Assembly: GCA_017616015.1 (NCBI GenBank)
Contig: JAFZYY010000019.1
Coordinates: forward strand, 486 to 64,485
Direction: 5' to 3'
Source: Alphaproteobacteria bacterium
GTDB taxonomy: Bacteria > Pseudomonadota > Alphaproteobacteria > CAAGCB01 > CAG-977
Length of the DNA stretch: 64,000 nucleotides
The notes under the pieces were generated by a model. The model did not search any database. It worked only from the letters and a program-made list of their open reading frames with translations, and was not told the origin of the DNA. Positions 18,945-30,343 of the stretch are shown here, one piece after another; within the stretch, counting starts at the first letter, position 1; the number at the start of each line of letters is the position of its first letter. Both the position numbers and the translations under genes were made by a program.

Positions 18945-18966
18945 AACATACTCCTCTCAAGATTTC

Positions 18967-19692
18967 CTATAAAGTTTCATCGATATCCAGACTTTTCTTA
19001 GGTGACGCGGCGGCTTCCTCGTCTTCGTCCGCGCGGACGGAAGAAACATACATCAAAGCCAGCATTGCGAAAATATAAGCCTGGATCATTCCGGTAAACA
19101 GCCCCAATACCTGCATCGGCAAAGGCAGAATAAACGGCACCAATATCATGCAAATCGATCCGATAATTACGCCGGACAGGACGTTTCCGAACAAACGGAC
19201 AGCCATGGCGCCCGTTGATGTGATTTCGCTTAAGATATTGAACGGCAACATTGCCGGCGACGGTTCAATGTATTTTTTCAGATACTTTTTTACGCCGGCT
19301 GTTTTAATCCCGAAAAACGGCACGCCGAACAGCACCATTAACGCCAGAGCCCCCGTTGTCGACAAAGAAGCCGTCGGCGTTTTGAATTCGGGAATGATTG
19401 TCAGAATATTGCACGTCAGAATAAAGATGAAAAGCGTTCCGATAAACGGCATGTACGTCATCGCGTTGCTTTTCGTCACTTCATTGATTTGGCCGTAAAT
19501 GGCTTTGACGATGACTTCCATCGCCGTCTGCCAGTGAGATACTTTGTTCCCCGTTTTCAAATGTCTGGTCGCCAGCCAGGACACAATCATCAAAACAATC
19601 ATGACGATCCATGTCGAAGCGATCGTCCAGTTAACGGGGATATTAAAATACGGCAGATAAAAAGCGATCTGTTGATCGTAGATTTCTAACAT
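18967..19692 (-). CDS. atpB: N-type ATPase a subunit
   Basis: Polytopic protein with the conserved stator Arg motif (AVRLFGNVLSG). Confidence 0.85.
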   Translation of the reverse strand: MLEIYDQQIAFYLPYFNIPVNWTIASTWIVMIVLMIVSWLATRHLKTGNKVSHWQTAMEVIVKAIYGQINEVTKSNAMTYMPFIGTLFIFILTCNILTIIPEFKTPTASLSTTGALALMVLFGVPFFGIKTAGVKKYLKKYIEPSPAMLPFNILSEITSTGAMAVRLFGNVLSGVIIGSICMILVPFILPLPMQVLGLFTGMIQAYIFAMLALMYVSSVRADEDEEAAASPKKSLDIDETL

Positions 19693-19997
19693 GCGGGTAT
19701 CTCCTTTGCTTTTTTCATGTCGATCTTTCTTTTAACCGCGCGAATGATAACGGTTCTGGCTATCAATAGGCCGGCGGCGCCGCACAAAAGGCTGGCGGCA
19801 TTGTAACGAGCCAGTCCGTACAGTCCCAGACACAGCAAGACGGAACGAACCGCCCAGCTGAGCAATAAAAAGCTTTTTTTATGTTCAACGTTTTTCAGCT
19901 TCATCACCGAAAACCACAGTCCGCTGAAGTACAGACCGCCCAGTATCAGTCCGCCGAACAGTCCTATTCCTACGGTCAGAGGGGTAAAAGACATCAT
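19686..19997 (-). CDS. atpR: N-ATPase accessory membrane protein AtpR
   Basis: 103-aa protein, MMSFTPLTVGIGLFGG..., with 3 TM segments. ATG at 19997 overlaps the atpQ stop (ATGATGA). The listed 187-aa ORF 19686-20249 is an over-extension of this gene. Confidence 0.6.
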   Translation of the reverse strand: MMSFTPLTVGIGLFGGLILGGLYFSGLWFSVMKLKNVEHKKSFLLLSWAVRSVLLCLGLYGLARYNAASLLCGAAGLLIARTVIIRAVKRKIDMKKAKEIPAC

Positions 19998-20440
19998 TCT
20001 TCGTTTGCCTCCTCTTCTTCGTCTTCGAATTCGCCCGAAACAAGCTCTTCCTCTTTTTCGGTCGGCGTCATAGCCGCGTTTCTGGCTTCTTCCACCAGAG
20101 CGTTGCGGCGGTTTTGTTCTTTTTGCGCGCGTTCGATACCTTCGCGTTTCAGCCACTGCCAGGCTCCGACCGTACCGAAGATAAGTCCTAACAGCAGGAA
20201 GTTCAGCGTCCATGAAATCGATCCGACTTTGTGATGCGCGTCCAGCCACCGCCCCAACAGAATGCCGAGAATGGTCGGAAGCGGAATATTCCAGCCTAAA
20301 GCCCCCAGAAACGCCAATCCTTTCGCCGGAGAAAAAGCTTCTTTGTCCGTTTTATTGATCAAATGACGGGAAGCCCTCTTGGCTAACCGTTCTGCTAACG
20401 CATTGTCGGAGTTCTTTTTTTCAGGTGTTTCAAAGCTCAT
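19994..20440 (-). CDS. atpQ: N-ATPase accessory protein AtpQ (AtpI/AtpZ-like)
   Basis: 148 aa with two TM helices (LAFLGALGWNIPLPTILGILLG; LNFLLLGLIFGTVGAW) and an acidic tail. Position between atpC and atpR. Confidence 0.6.
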   Translation of the reverse strand: MSFETPEKKNSDNALAERLAKRASRHLINKTDKEAFSPAKGLAFLGALGWNIPLPTILGILLGRWLDAHHKVGSISWTLNFLLLGLIFGTVGAWQWLKREGIERAQKEQNRRNALVEEARNAAMTPTEKEEELVSGEFEDEEEEANEE

Positions 20441-20442
20441 GT

Positions 20443-22459
<2,017 letters not shown>

Positions 22460-23422
22460 TTATTTCAAATAGTTGCGATAGTCTTGAATTTTTTTATGAA
22501 AACGGAGCTTTTTCACGTATTCCAGCGGGTTTTTTGGCGTGACCAGCGCGCCCGGCACGCGGTTCAGCCAGTCATACGTCCGCGTCAGCAGAAAACGCAA
22601 AGCGCTACCCAGAGCCAATGTCGGCAGAGCTTCTTTTTCTTCGTCTGACAGCGTGCGGACGCGGTCGTAGGCTTCAATCATGTTTTTCGCTTTGGCGGGA
22701 TTAAAGTCCCATGTGTCCTGATCAAAACACCACGCGTTCAGGCAGACGGCTAATTCGTAGACAAGAGCGTCGTTGCAGGCAAAGTAAAAGTCGATGATGC
22801 CGGATAATTTCCCGTCGGTAAAAAAGACATTGTCGGGAAACAGATCGGCATGAATGACGCCTTGCGGCAAGTTTGCCGGAAAAAGGCTTTTGACGTTCTG
22901 AAAGACTTCTGCCATTTCTTCAGACAAGCCGCGTTCGATTTTATCGGCTTCGCGGCCGATTTTGCCGAGCAGGCTTTCCCACCCGTCAACGGAAAGGTCG
23001 TTTTTGCGCAAGCCCGCAAAATCCCGTCCCGCCAGATGCATTTCCGCCATGGCTTTTCCCAGTTGACCGCAATGCTCCGGCGTGATTTGTCCGACGGATT
23101 TTCCTTGCAAAAAAGTTGTCAGACAGGCTTTTTTGCCGCACAAAGGCAACAAAGCTTCCCCCGTTTTTGCCGTGACGGGCAGGGGGCAGGAAACGCCTTT
23201 TCGCGCCAGATGAGTCATTAAGTCCAGAAAGTACGGTAATTCCCGGGGATTAACGCGCTTTTCGTAAAGCGTCAGAATAAAACGGGTTTTGTCCGTCTGA
23301 ACCAGATAGTTTGTGTTTTCAATGCCTTCGGAAATGCCGGTCAAAGACACAAGCGAGCCAATGTCAAATTGTTTTAAAAATTCGGATAAATCCTGTTCGG
23401 TGACTTTGGTATAAACGGCCAT
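22460..23422 (-). CDS. thrB: homoserine kinase, APH (aminoglycoside phosphotransferase) type
   Basis: Close similarity by recall to Pseudomonas/alphaproteobacterial non-GHMP ThrB (MAVYTKVTEQDLSEFLKQFDIGSL...GISEGIENTNY...IHADLFPDNVFF...GIIDFYFAC). Confidence 0.75.
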   Translation of the reverse strand: MAVYTKVTEQDLSEFLKQFDIGSLVSLTGISEGIENTNYLVQTDKTRFILTLYEKRVNPRELPYFLDLMTHLARKGVSCPLPVTAKTGEALLPLCGKKACLTTFLQGKSVGQITPEHCGQLGKAMAEMHLAGRDFAGLRKNDLSVDGWESLLGKIGREADKIERGLSEEMAEVFQNVKSLFPANLPQGVIHADLFPDNVFFTDGKLSGIIDFYFACNDALVYELAVCLNAWCFDQDTWDFNPAKAKNMIEAYDRVRTLSDEEKEALPTLALGSALRFLLTRTYDWLNRVPGALVTPKNPLEYVKKLRFHKKIQDYRNYLK

Positions 23423-23424
23423 GA

Positions 23425-24369
23425 CTATTCCCTTAACGAAGCGGGAAGAGGAAACGATACTTTTTCTTCGGTTTCAACGTGTTCCGATAAAGTGATTTTG
23501 AAATGTCCGGCCAATGTATCGATGACTTCCCTGACTAAAACTTCGGGGGCGGAAGCGCCGGCGGTAATGCCCAGCGTTTTAACGCCGGCTAAATCGTCCG
23601 GATTGATGTCGGCGGCTCGCTGTACCAGGACGGAATGTGCACAGCCGGCTTCTTTGGCGACTTCGACCAGACGTTTGGAATTGGACGAATTCGGTGCGCC
23701 GATGACCATCAGCAAATCGCATTTTTTCGCGATGGCTTTGACGGCCTTCTGCCGGTTGGTCGTCGCGTAGCAGATGTCGTTCTGATGCGGTTTGACAATC
23801 GAGGGAAAGCGGCTTTTTAAAGCCTGAAGCAACTCCGCCGTTTCATCTAAGGAAAGCGTCGTTTGCGTCACATAACCGAGATTGTCCGCCCAGTCCGCCG
23901 GAATGGCGTCAATATCGGAAACACTGGAAATCAGTTTTATTTCGTCGGCGGGGATTTGTCCCATCGTGCCGATCACTTCGGGGTGGCCTTTGTGGCCGAT
24001 TAATAGTGTTTTCCTGCCGTCATTATGATTCTTGCGCGCTTCTTTATGGACTTTTTCCACCAGAGGACAAGTTGCGTCTATAGTCGTCAGGGCGCGGCGT
24101 TTTGCTTCCTCTATGACGGACAGGGGGACGCCGTGCGCCGAAAAAATAACGACGGAACCGTCCGGCACTTCGTCAAGCTCATTGACAAAGACGGCTCCTT
24201 CGTCCGCCAGTTTCTGCACGACGTATTTGTTGTGCACAATTTCATGGCGGACGTAAACGGGCGTGCCGAATTTCTTTAAAGCCATGGACACGATTTGAAC
24301 GGCGCGCGTGACGCCGGCGCAGAAACCGCGCGGAGAAGCCAGCAAAATTTTTAATTCGGATCCGGGCAT
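23425..24369 (-). CDS. ispH: 4-hydroxy-3-methylbut-2-enyl diphosphate reductase
   Basis: LASPRGFCAGV start, three conserved Cys. 314 aa. Confidence 0.9.
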   Translation of the reverse strand: MPGSELKILLASPRGFCAGVTRAVQIVSMALKKFGTPVYVRHEIVHNKYVVQKLADEGAVFVNELDEVPDGSVVIFSAHGVPLSVIEEAKRRALTTIDATCPLVEKVHKEARKNHNDGRKTLLIGHKGHPEVIGTMGQIPADEIKLISSVSDIDAIPADWADNLGYVTQTTLSLDETAELLQALKSRFPSIVKPHQNDICYATTNRQKAVKAIAKKCDLLMVIGAPNSSNSKRLVEVAKEAGCAHSVLVQRAADINPDDLAGVKTLGITAGASAPEVLVREVIDTLAGHFKITLSEHVETEEKVSFPLPASLRE

Positions 24370-24372
24370 GTT

Positions 24373-25845
24373 TTAATTCTTGGTTTCCAAATTATCGCGA
24401 ATGTACTTGTCCAGCAGCCAAACGCCGAAGCCGGAACCTCCTTTGGGCCCCAGAAGACCGTTCTTTTCCCGCAAAGCGACGCCGGCAATATCCAGATGCG
24501 CCCATTTCGTTTCGGGACGGATAAAGCGTTTTAAGAACGTTGCCGCCGTGATGCTACCTGCCGCGCGTGTCGAACAGGCATTTTTGATGTCGGCGATGTC
24601 GGAAACAATATCGTCTTCAAACAGATCGTCCAACGGCATGCGCCACAGCTTTTCACCGCTGTCGTCCGCCGCTTTTTTCATTTGTTCGGCCAGTTTGTCG
24701 TCATTGGAAAATAATCCGGCGATGTCCGTGCCCAAAGCAATGGTGATTGCTCCGGTCAGACTGGCCAGATCGATCAGAACGGGGGATTTAAAGCGTTCCT
24801 GCGCATACCATAAAGCGTCGCCCAGAACCAGACGTCCTTCCGCGTCCGTGTTCACGACTTCGACCGTGATGCCGGCCAGAGACTTGACAATATCTCCCGG
24901 ACGCTGCGCTGTTCCCGACGGCATGTTTTCGACCATCGCCATGACGGCGGCGACATTGACTTTCGCCCGCTGCATCGCCAAAGCCTGCAGTGTGCCCAAA
25001 GCGGTCGCCGCGCCGGCCAAGTCTTCCTTCATGTCTTCCATGCCTTTGGCGGGTTTCAGGCTTAAGCCGCCGGAATCGAAAGTCACGCCTTTGCCGACCA
25101 GAACGGCGTGGGTGTTTTTATCTTCCGGTTTGCCGCGCCACTGGACGACGACCAGTCGGGGCGGATTGATCGAGCCTTGTGCGACGCCCAGCATCATGTT
25201 CAGTCCTTTGGCTTTCAGCTGTTTTTCGTCGTAGACTTCCGTTGTCAGACCGTATTTTTGCAATTCTTCCGCCCGTTTGGCAAACGCTATCGGATTAATG
25301 ATGTTTGACGGTTCATTGACCAGATCGCGCGCCGTATGAATGCCTTTGGAAATGGCAAAATAAGGCTCGTACTGATTTTGCGCGGTCTGCGGCTTTTCCG
25401 TCAGAACGTAAAATTCCTTCAAAGTCACGGGCTTTTTAAACACGGTTTTATGCTTTGTAAAACGGTAAGAGGCGATTTTCGCGCCAAATCCGACGACTGC
25501 GGCCGGCAGATCGTCCGTCGCGAAAGAAACGGCCGTTTCTCCGCCGGTCAATAAAGCGTTCGCCGCATGAGCCCCGATTTTGCAGGCAGTTAATTCGTTG
25601 TTTTGCTCTTTTTTGCCCAGTCCCAGACAAATCAGCCGCTTTGTTTGCAGCGCTTCGGTCGGCAGCAATTCCTGCGTTTGCCCTATTTTTCCGTTAAAAT
25701 CGGTGCTTTTCAAAGCTTTCAGCAATCCGCCGTTCAAAAGCGTGTTGATTTTTTTTGCCGTTTTCGTCAGCAGCAGGTTTTCGTAAATGCCGACAATTAA
25801 AGCGGTACTGCTTGAAATGTCGTTTTTCTTAAACAGAATGTCCAT
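24373..25845 (-). CDS. pepA: leucyl aminopeptidase (M17)
   Basis: M17 signature NTDAEGRL and metal ligands (VGKGVTFDSGG). 490 aa. Confidence 0.88.
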   Translation of the reverse strand: MDILFKKNDISSSTALIVGIYENLLLTKTAKKINTLLNGGLLKALKSTDFNGKIGQTQELLPTEALQTKRLICLGLGKKEQNNELTACKIGAHAANALLTGGETAVSFATDDLPAAVVGFGAKIASYRFTKHKTVFKKPVTLKEFYVLTEKPQTAQNQYEPYFAISKGIHTARDLVNEPSNIINPIAFAKRAEELQKYGLTTEVYDEKQLKAKGLNMMLGVAQGSINPPRLVVVQWRGKPEDKNTHAVLVGKGVTFDSGGLSLKPAKGMEDMKEDLAGAATALGTLQALAMQRAKVNVAAVMAMVENMPSGTAQRPGDIVKSLAGITVEVVNTDAEGRLVLGDALWYAQERFKSPVLIDLASLTGAITIALGTDIAGLFSNDDKLAEQMKKAADDSGEKLWRMPLDDLFEDDIVSDIADIKNACSTRAAGSITAATFLKRFIRPETKWAHLDIAGVALREKNGLLGPKGGSGFGVWLLDKYIRDNLETKN

Positions 25846-25991
25846 GGCTTTAGTCCGTTTTTTCGATATTGTTCAATATGTTTTACAGCATACACGGACT
25901 GTTCGGGAAAGCAAGAGTCAGATCAAAAATAATTCAAGTGCAAAGTATTTCCGTCTTTGCTATAACAAATAACGAAGTTCGGAGAAAAAGC

Positions 25992-26996
25992 ATGTCTGAA
26001 AACGAAACGAAAACCGATGAAAATAACGGTCTGCTGTTCGCGTTGTTGCTGGACGGGCAAGGCGGGGCAAAGCATTTAAGCTATGAAGAAGCGCTGAACT
26101 GGACGCCCGAACAAGGCGTACTGTGGCTTCATATGGACTTGCAGGCCGCCGGAACGAAAGAGTTTCTGGAAACGAAAAGCGGCATTAACCCGCTCGCTCT
26201 GGAAAGTCTGACGGAAGAGGAGGAGGATCGCCCCCGCTGCGTGTCTTTCGGGGACAAGCTGATGCTTTTTCTGCGCGCGATCAACCTCAATCCGGGCGAA
26301 GAACCCGACGACATGATTTCTTTGCGAATCTGGTGCGAAAACGATCGTATGATTACTCTGCGCGAAACGCCGATGAATTTCCTGACCGCAATGGAACGCG
26401 AATTCGACACGGGCGGCGGTCCGAAAAATGCCGGCGAATTGTTGGACGAAGTTTGCTATTTCACGTTGGATAAAATCGTTGACGTCGTTGCCGATGTCGA
26501 GGTCGTCATCGACGATATCGAGGATAAAATTATCGAGGGCGAAGAGGACGACGACGATTTTATGCCGCGTCTGTCCGAAGCCCGCCGTAATCTGACGGAA
26601 ATGCGCCGGTATCTGTATCCGCAACGGGACGCGATGGACGCTCTGCCGCGCCAGACGATGTCCTGGCTGAACGCCGAAAACCGTTACCAGTTGCGCGAAA
26701 ACGCCAACCGCATGATGCGCATCATCGAAGACATGGACTCTTTGCGGGAACGAGCGATGATCAATATGGACGAACTGTCCAACCGCGTACGCGAACAAAC
26801 GCAGGAAAATATGTATATGCTGTCCGTGTTGGCGGCGATTTTCGTTCCTCTGACCTTTATCACGGGATTGTTCGGCATGAACGTCGGCGGGATTCCGTTG
26901 GCGCAGAGCGAAAACGGACTGCTGTTCATGTCGGCCGGCCTGCTGTTTTTAGGGGTGTTGCTGGCGATCATTCTGAAAAAACTGAAGTGGTACTGA
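25992..26996 (+). CDS. zntB: CorA/ZntB-family divalent cation transporter
   Basis: Two C-terminal TM helices with the GMN motif (LFGMNVGGIP). ATG at 25992 with a GGAG SD. The listed start at 25869 lacks an RBS. Confidence 0.75.
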   Translation: MSENETKTDENNGLLFALLLDGQGGAKHLSYEEALNWTPEQGVLWLHMDLQAAGTKEFLETKSGINPLALESLTEEEEDRPRCVSFGDKLMLFLRAINLNPGEEPDDMISLRIWCENDRMITLRETPMNFLTAMEREFDTGGGPKNAGELLDEVCYFTLDKIVDVVADVEVVIDDIEDKIIEGEEDDDDFMPRLSEARRNLTEMRRYLYPQRDAMDALPRQTMSWLNAENRYQLRENANRMMRIIEDMDSLRERAMINMDELSNRVREQTQENMYMLSVLAAIFVPLTFITGLFGMNVGGIPLAQSENGLLFMSAGLLFLGVLLAIILKKLKWY

Positions 26997-26997
26997 A

Positions 26998-27939
26998 ATG
27001 AGTGTCGAACCGGTCAACGCGCAAAGCATAGCTCTTGCCGCTGAGTTGCTGGCAGCGGGGAAACTTGTCGCTTTTCCGACCGAAACGGTGTACGGACTTG
27101 GGGCGGACGCGGCGAACGATTTGGCGGTTGCTTCGATTTTTGAAGCCAAAGGACGCCCGCAGTTCAATCCGCTGATTGCGCATATCGCCGATATTTCCTG
27201 GGTGGAGAAGTTCGCCGTGATGACGCCAAGCGCTAAGTCGTTGGCGGAACGGTTCTGGCCGGGACCTTTGACGCTGGTGATGAAGCGGACGGAAAACTGC
27301 CCGATTTCCCATCTGGTCAGCGCGGGACTGGATACCGTCGGCGTGCGCTTTCCCGTTCACGAGGCGGCGAAAAAGATGCTTGAAGCGTTCGGAAAGCCCG
27401 TGGCGGCGCCAAGCGCAAATATTTCCGGCACGGTCAGCCCGACGACGGCACAGCACGTCGCGAAAGGTCTGGCGGAGCGCGTGCCGCTGATTTTGGACGG
27501 CGGGGCGTGTGCGGTCGGGGTGGAATCGACGATTCTTGACGTGTCGGAGGACGCGCCTGCTTTATTGCGCGCGGGCGGCATCGGCGTTGAGGAAATCGAG
27601 GACGCGCTAAAGAAAAAACTGCGCCGTCCGGAAGCCGATCCGAACGCGCCGCGTTCCCCCGGACAAATGCTGTCGCATTACGCGCCGCGTCTGCCGGTAC
27701 GTTTGAACGCCGCTTTTCCCGAAGAAGGGGAGGCTTTTCTGGCGTTCGGCAAAGCGGATAATGCGACATTGAATCTCAGTCCGTCCGGCAATGTGAAAGA
27801 AGCCGCCGCGCATTTGTTCGCGTATATGCGTCTGTTAGATAATCCGAAATATAAAGGCATCGCCGTGATGCCGATTCCGACGTTCGGGCTGGGCTTGGCA
27901 ATCAACGACCGCCTGAAAAGAGCCGCCTATCCGCATTAA
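26998..27939 (+). CDS. tsaC: L-threonylcarbamoyladenylate synthase (Sua5/YrdC family, long form)
   Basis: YrdC domain (VAFPTETVYGLGADA) plus a Sua5 C-terminal domain. 313 aa. Confidence 0.85.
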   Translation: MSVEPVNAQSIALAAELLAAGKLVAFPTETVYGLGADAANDLAVASIFEAKGRPQFNPLIAHIADISWVEKFAVMTPSAKSLAERFWPGPLTLVMKRTENCPISHLVSAGLDTVGVRFPVHEAAKKMLEAFGKPVAAPSANISGTVSPTTAQHVAKGLAERVPLILDGGACAVGVESTILDVSEDAPALLRAGGIGVEEIEDALKKKLRRPEADPNAPRSPGQMLSHYAPRLPVRLNAAFPEEGEAFLAFGKADNATLNLSPSGNVKEAAAHLFAYMRLLDNPKYKGIAVMPIPTFGLGLAINDRLKRAAYPH

Positions 27940-27983
27940 GTTTTTGACGTCCCGTCTCTTTTAATGCTATTTTATCTCAACTT

Positions 27984-29786
27984 TTGACGATGAGGGACAA
28001 AATGGCGTTTTTTAAAAAAAGCAAAGATTTGCCACAGCTGAATAAAGAAAGCATGCTGATGTACAAACGCGTGTGGAACACGTATGTCGCGGATAAGTGG
28101 CGGTGGTTGATTTTAGCTGTATTCCTGATGTTGATCGCGGCCAGTTTCGACGCCCTTCTGGTGCGTCAGCTCAAACCCATTTTCGATGAAGTCTTTATCG
28201 ATAAAAACAGGGATTCTCTGGGCATCATCGGCCTGACGATTTTAGGGCTGTATTTCCTTAAAGGCGTATTTACCTATTCTCAGGTTCTTGTAATGACAAA
28301 ACTGTCCATTCGCGTGATCGCCGATATGCAGCGCGATATTTTCAAGCGCCTGATCCGTATGGACAATGAGTTTTTCCATGAACATTCCACCGGTGAAATC
28401 CTTACGCGTTTTACGTCTGACGTGGCAATCGTTAAAGAAGCCGTTTTGAACAGTCTGACGACATTTGTCAAAGATACGGCTTCCGTCGTTTTTCTGATTA
28501 TCCTGATGTTTTTTCAGTCTTTGGAAATGGCGTGCGTCGTTTTCTTCGTTTTTCCTTTGGGGGTTTATCCCGTTGTGCTGTGCGGCCGCAAAATGCGCAA
28601 AAAAACAAAGCGCACTCAGGAAGCCAGCGAAGGCTTTTTCAATCAGCTGACGCAAAGCTTCAAAGGAATTAAAATCATTAAATCCTATTGTACGGAAGAT
28701 CGCGAATTCAGCGAACTGGATCATACGATTGTTAAAATGAACAAGCTGTCATTTTCCATGACGTGCCTGCACGCTTTGCAAAGTCCGTTAATGGAGTTTT
28801 TCGGCGGTATCGCGATGGCGACGACTTTGGGATACGGCGGCTATCAGATTATGCAGGGACATATGAGCCCCGGCAATTTCATGGTGTTTTTATTGGCGAT
28901 TGTTGCCGCTTACAAACCGATGAAAAATGTCGCCGGTCTGCATATGCGCATGCAAATGGGCGTCGCTTCGATGCAAAGGCTGTTTTCCATGCTGGACATC
29001 GAACCGAAGATAAAAGATGCTCCGGACGCCCGGGATTTAATTGTTTCCGAAGGCAAAATCGAAGTCGAAAACGTCAGCTTTTCCTATGACGGCGAACGTC
29101 CTGTTTTAACAGATATTTCTTTGACGGCTCAACCCGGGCAGACGATTGCGCTGGTCGGTCATTCGGGTTCCGGCAAATCGACGCTGATCAGCCTTTTGCC
29201 GCGTTTTTACGATCCGCAAAAAGGACGCATTCTGATTGACGGGCAGGATATTTCTCAGGCTACTTTGGAAAGCTTGCGCAAACATACCGCTTATGTGTCT
29301 CAGGAAGTGATTTTGTTTAATGACACGATTAAAAACAATATCCGTTACGGTTCGCCCGACGCGACTGACGAACAGGTTATTGAAGCGGCAAAAGCCGCCG
29401 CCGCGGATAATTTTATCCGGCAAATGGAAGACGGATACGACACGATGCTGGGCGAACAGGGCAGCGGACTGTCCGGCGGACAAAGACAAATGCTTTCCAT
29501 CGCGCGGGCAATGTTGAAAAACGCGCCGATTTTGTTGCTGGACGAAGCGACGTCCGCTTTGGATTCCAAATCAGAAAAAATCGTTCAGGATTCTTTGGAA
29601 GTGCTGATGAAAGGGAGGACTTCCATTGTGATTGCGCATCGTTTGTCAACGATAGTAAATGCCGACAGAATATATGTTTTCAACGAAGGAAAAATCGTTG
29701 ATTCCGGAACGCATAAAGAATTGCTGTCCCGCGACGGAATCTATGCGCAACTCTATAAGATTCAGTTTATGAAAGAAGGCAGATAG
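27984..29786 (+). CDS. msbA: ABC transporter permease/ATPase, MsbA-like lipid exporter
   Basis: N-terminal 6-TM domain. Walker A GHSGSGKST, ABC signature LSGGQRQ, Walker B ILLLDEATSALD. Start uncertain (Met at 27984 or 28047). Confidence 0.8.
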   Translation: MTMRDKMAFFKKSKDLPQLNKESMLMYKRVWNTYVADKWRWLILAVFLMLIAASFDALLVRQLKPIFDEVFIDKNRDSLGIIGLTILGLYFLKGVFTYSQVLVMTKLSIRVIADMQRDIFKRLIRMDNEFFHEHSTGEILTRFTSDVAIVKEAVLNSLTTFVKDTASVVFLIILMFFQSLEMACVVFFVFPLGVYPVVLCGRKMRKKTKRTQEASEGFFNQLTQSFKGIKIIKSYCTEDREFSELDHTIVKMNKLSFSMTCLHALQSPLMEFFGGIAMATTLGYGGYQIMQGHMSPGNFMVFLLAIVAAYKPMKNVAGLHMRMQMGVASMQRLFSMLDIEPKIKDAPDARDLIVSEGKIEVENVSFSYDGERPVLTDISLTAQPGQTIALVGHSGSGKSTLISLLPRFYDPQKGRILIDGQDISQATLESLRKHTAYVSQEVILFNDTIKNNIRYGSPDATDEQVIEAAKAAAADNFIRQMEDGYDTMLGEQGSGLSGGQRQMLSIARAMLKNAPILLLDEATSALDSKSEKIVQDSLEVLMKGRTSIVIAHRLSTIVNADRIYVFNEGKIVDSGTHKELLSRDGIYAQLYKIQFMKEGR

Positions 29787-29879
29787 CCGTTTTTGCGGCA
29801 CTTTTGACCGATCGGGCAGATACCCGCGGCGTTTTCTTGTCCTTATAATGACGCTTTGTCATTCAGTAAGGAGAAGAAA

Positions 29880-30242
29880 ATGAAAAGATTTATTTTAGGC
29901 GCTTTAGCCGCTTTGGGCGGTATCGGACTGTATAAACTGCATAAAGACGGAAAGATTCACTATCCCGTTCTGAAAGTCAAAGGAACCGTAGATTCCGTTG
30001 ACTACGAAAGACGTTCTTTTCAGCTCAGGTCGGCGTTGGATCGTAATATTTTAATGGAAATGACGGTTTCTCCGGCAACCAGATTTATGTGGCTGAATCC
30101 TGTCGGCGATAAAGAAAATATGGCTCAGTTCGCCGATATTACGGAAGGAGAAAAGTTAAACGTTGCCTTTTCCAAAAATAAAGACAACGATTGTTTAATC
30201 GCCGAACGCGTTGTTATTGAAAACAATGCTGAAGCGGTATAA
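29880..30242 (+). CDS. small secreted hypothetical protein
   Basis: MKRFILGALAALGGIGLY signal peptide, with a good SD (taaggag). The listed start at 29856 is TTG. Confidence 0.5.
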   Translation: MKRFILGALAALGGIGLYKLHKDGKIHYPVLKVKGTVDSVDYERRSFQLRSALDRNILMEMTVSPATRFMWLNPVGDKENMAQFADITEGEKLNVAFSKNKDNDCLIAERVVIENNAEAV

Positions 30243-30257
30243 GACAAAAAGACGACA

Positions 30258-30305
30258 AAAAAGCAGCCTGTTTACCCGCGTGGTTTTCTGGCTGCTTTTG
30301 CTTTC
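30258..30305. terminator. putative bidirectional terminator
   Basis: aaaagcagcc...ggctgctttt inverted repeat flanked by A/T runs, between convergent genes. Confidence 0.4.
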
Positions 30306-30343
30306 GATGATTCTTTACAGTCCCGTCCTGGTCTGACCGGAAT

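Noticed and set aside
19686-20249. 187-aa ORF call MAGRASQS...
   Set aside because: The N-terminal 84 residues are Arg-rich and overlap atpQ in another frame. Only the C-terminal 103 aa (AtpR, from the ATGATG at 19997) is a plausible membrane protein.
26076-26798. 240-aa minus-strand ORF antisense to zntB
   Set aside because: Shadow ORF of a GMN-motif transporter gene.
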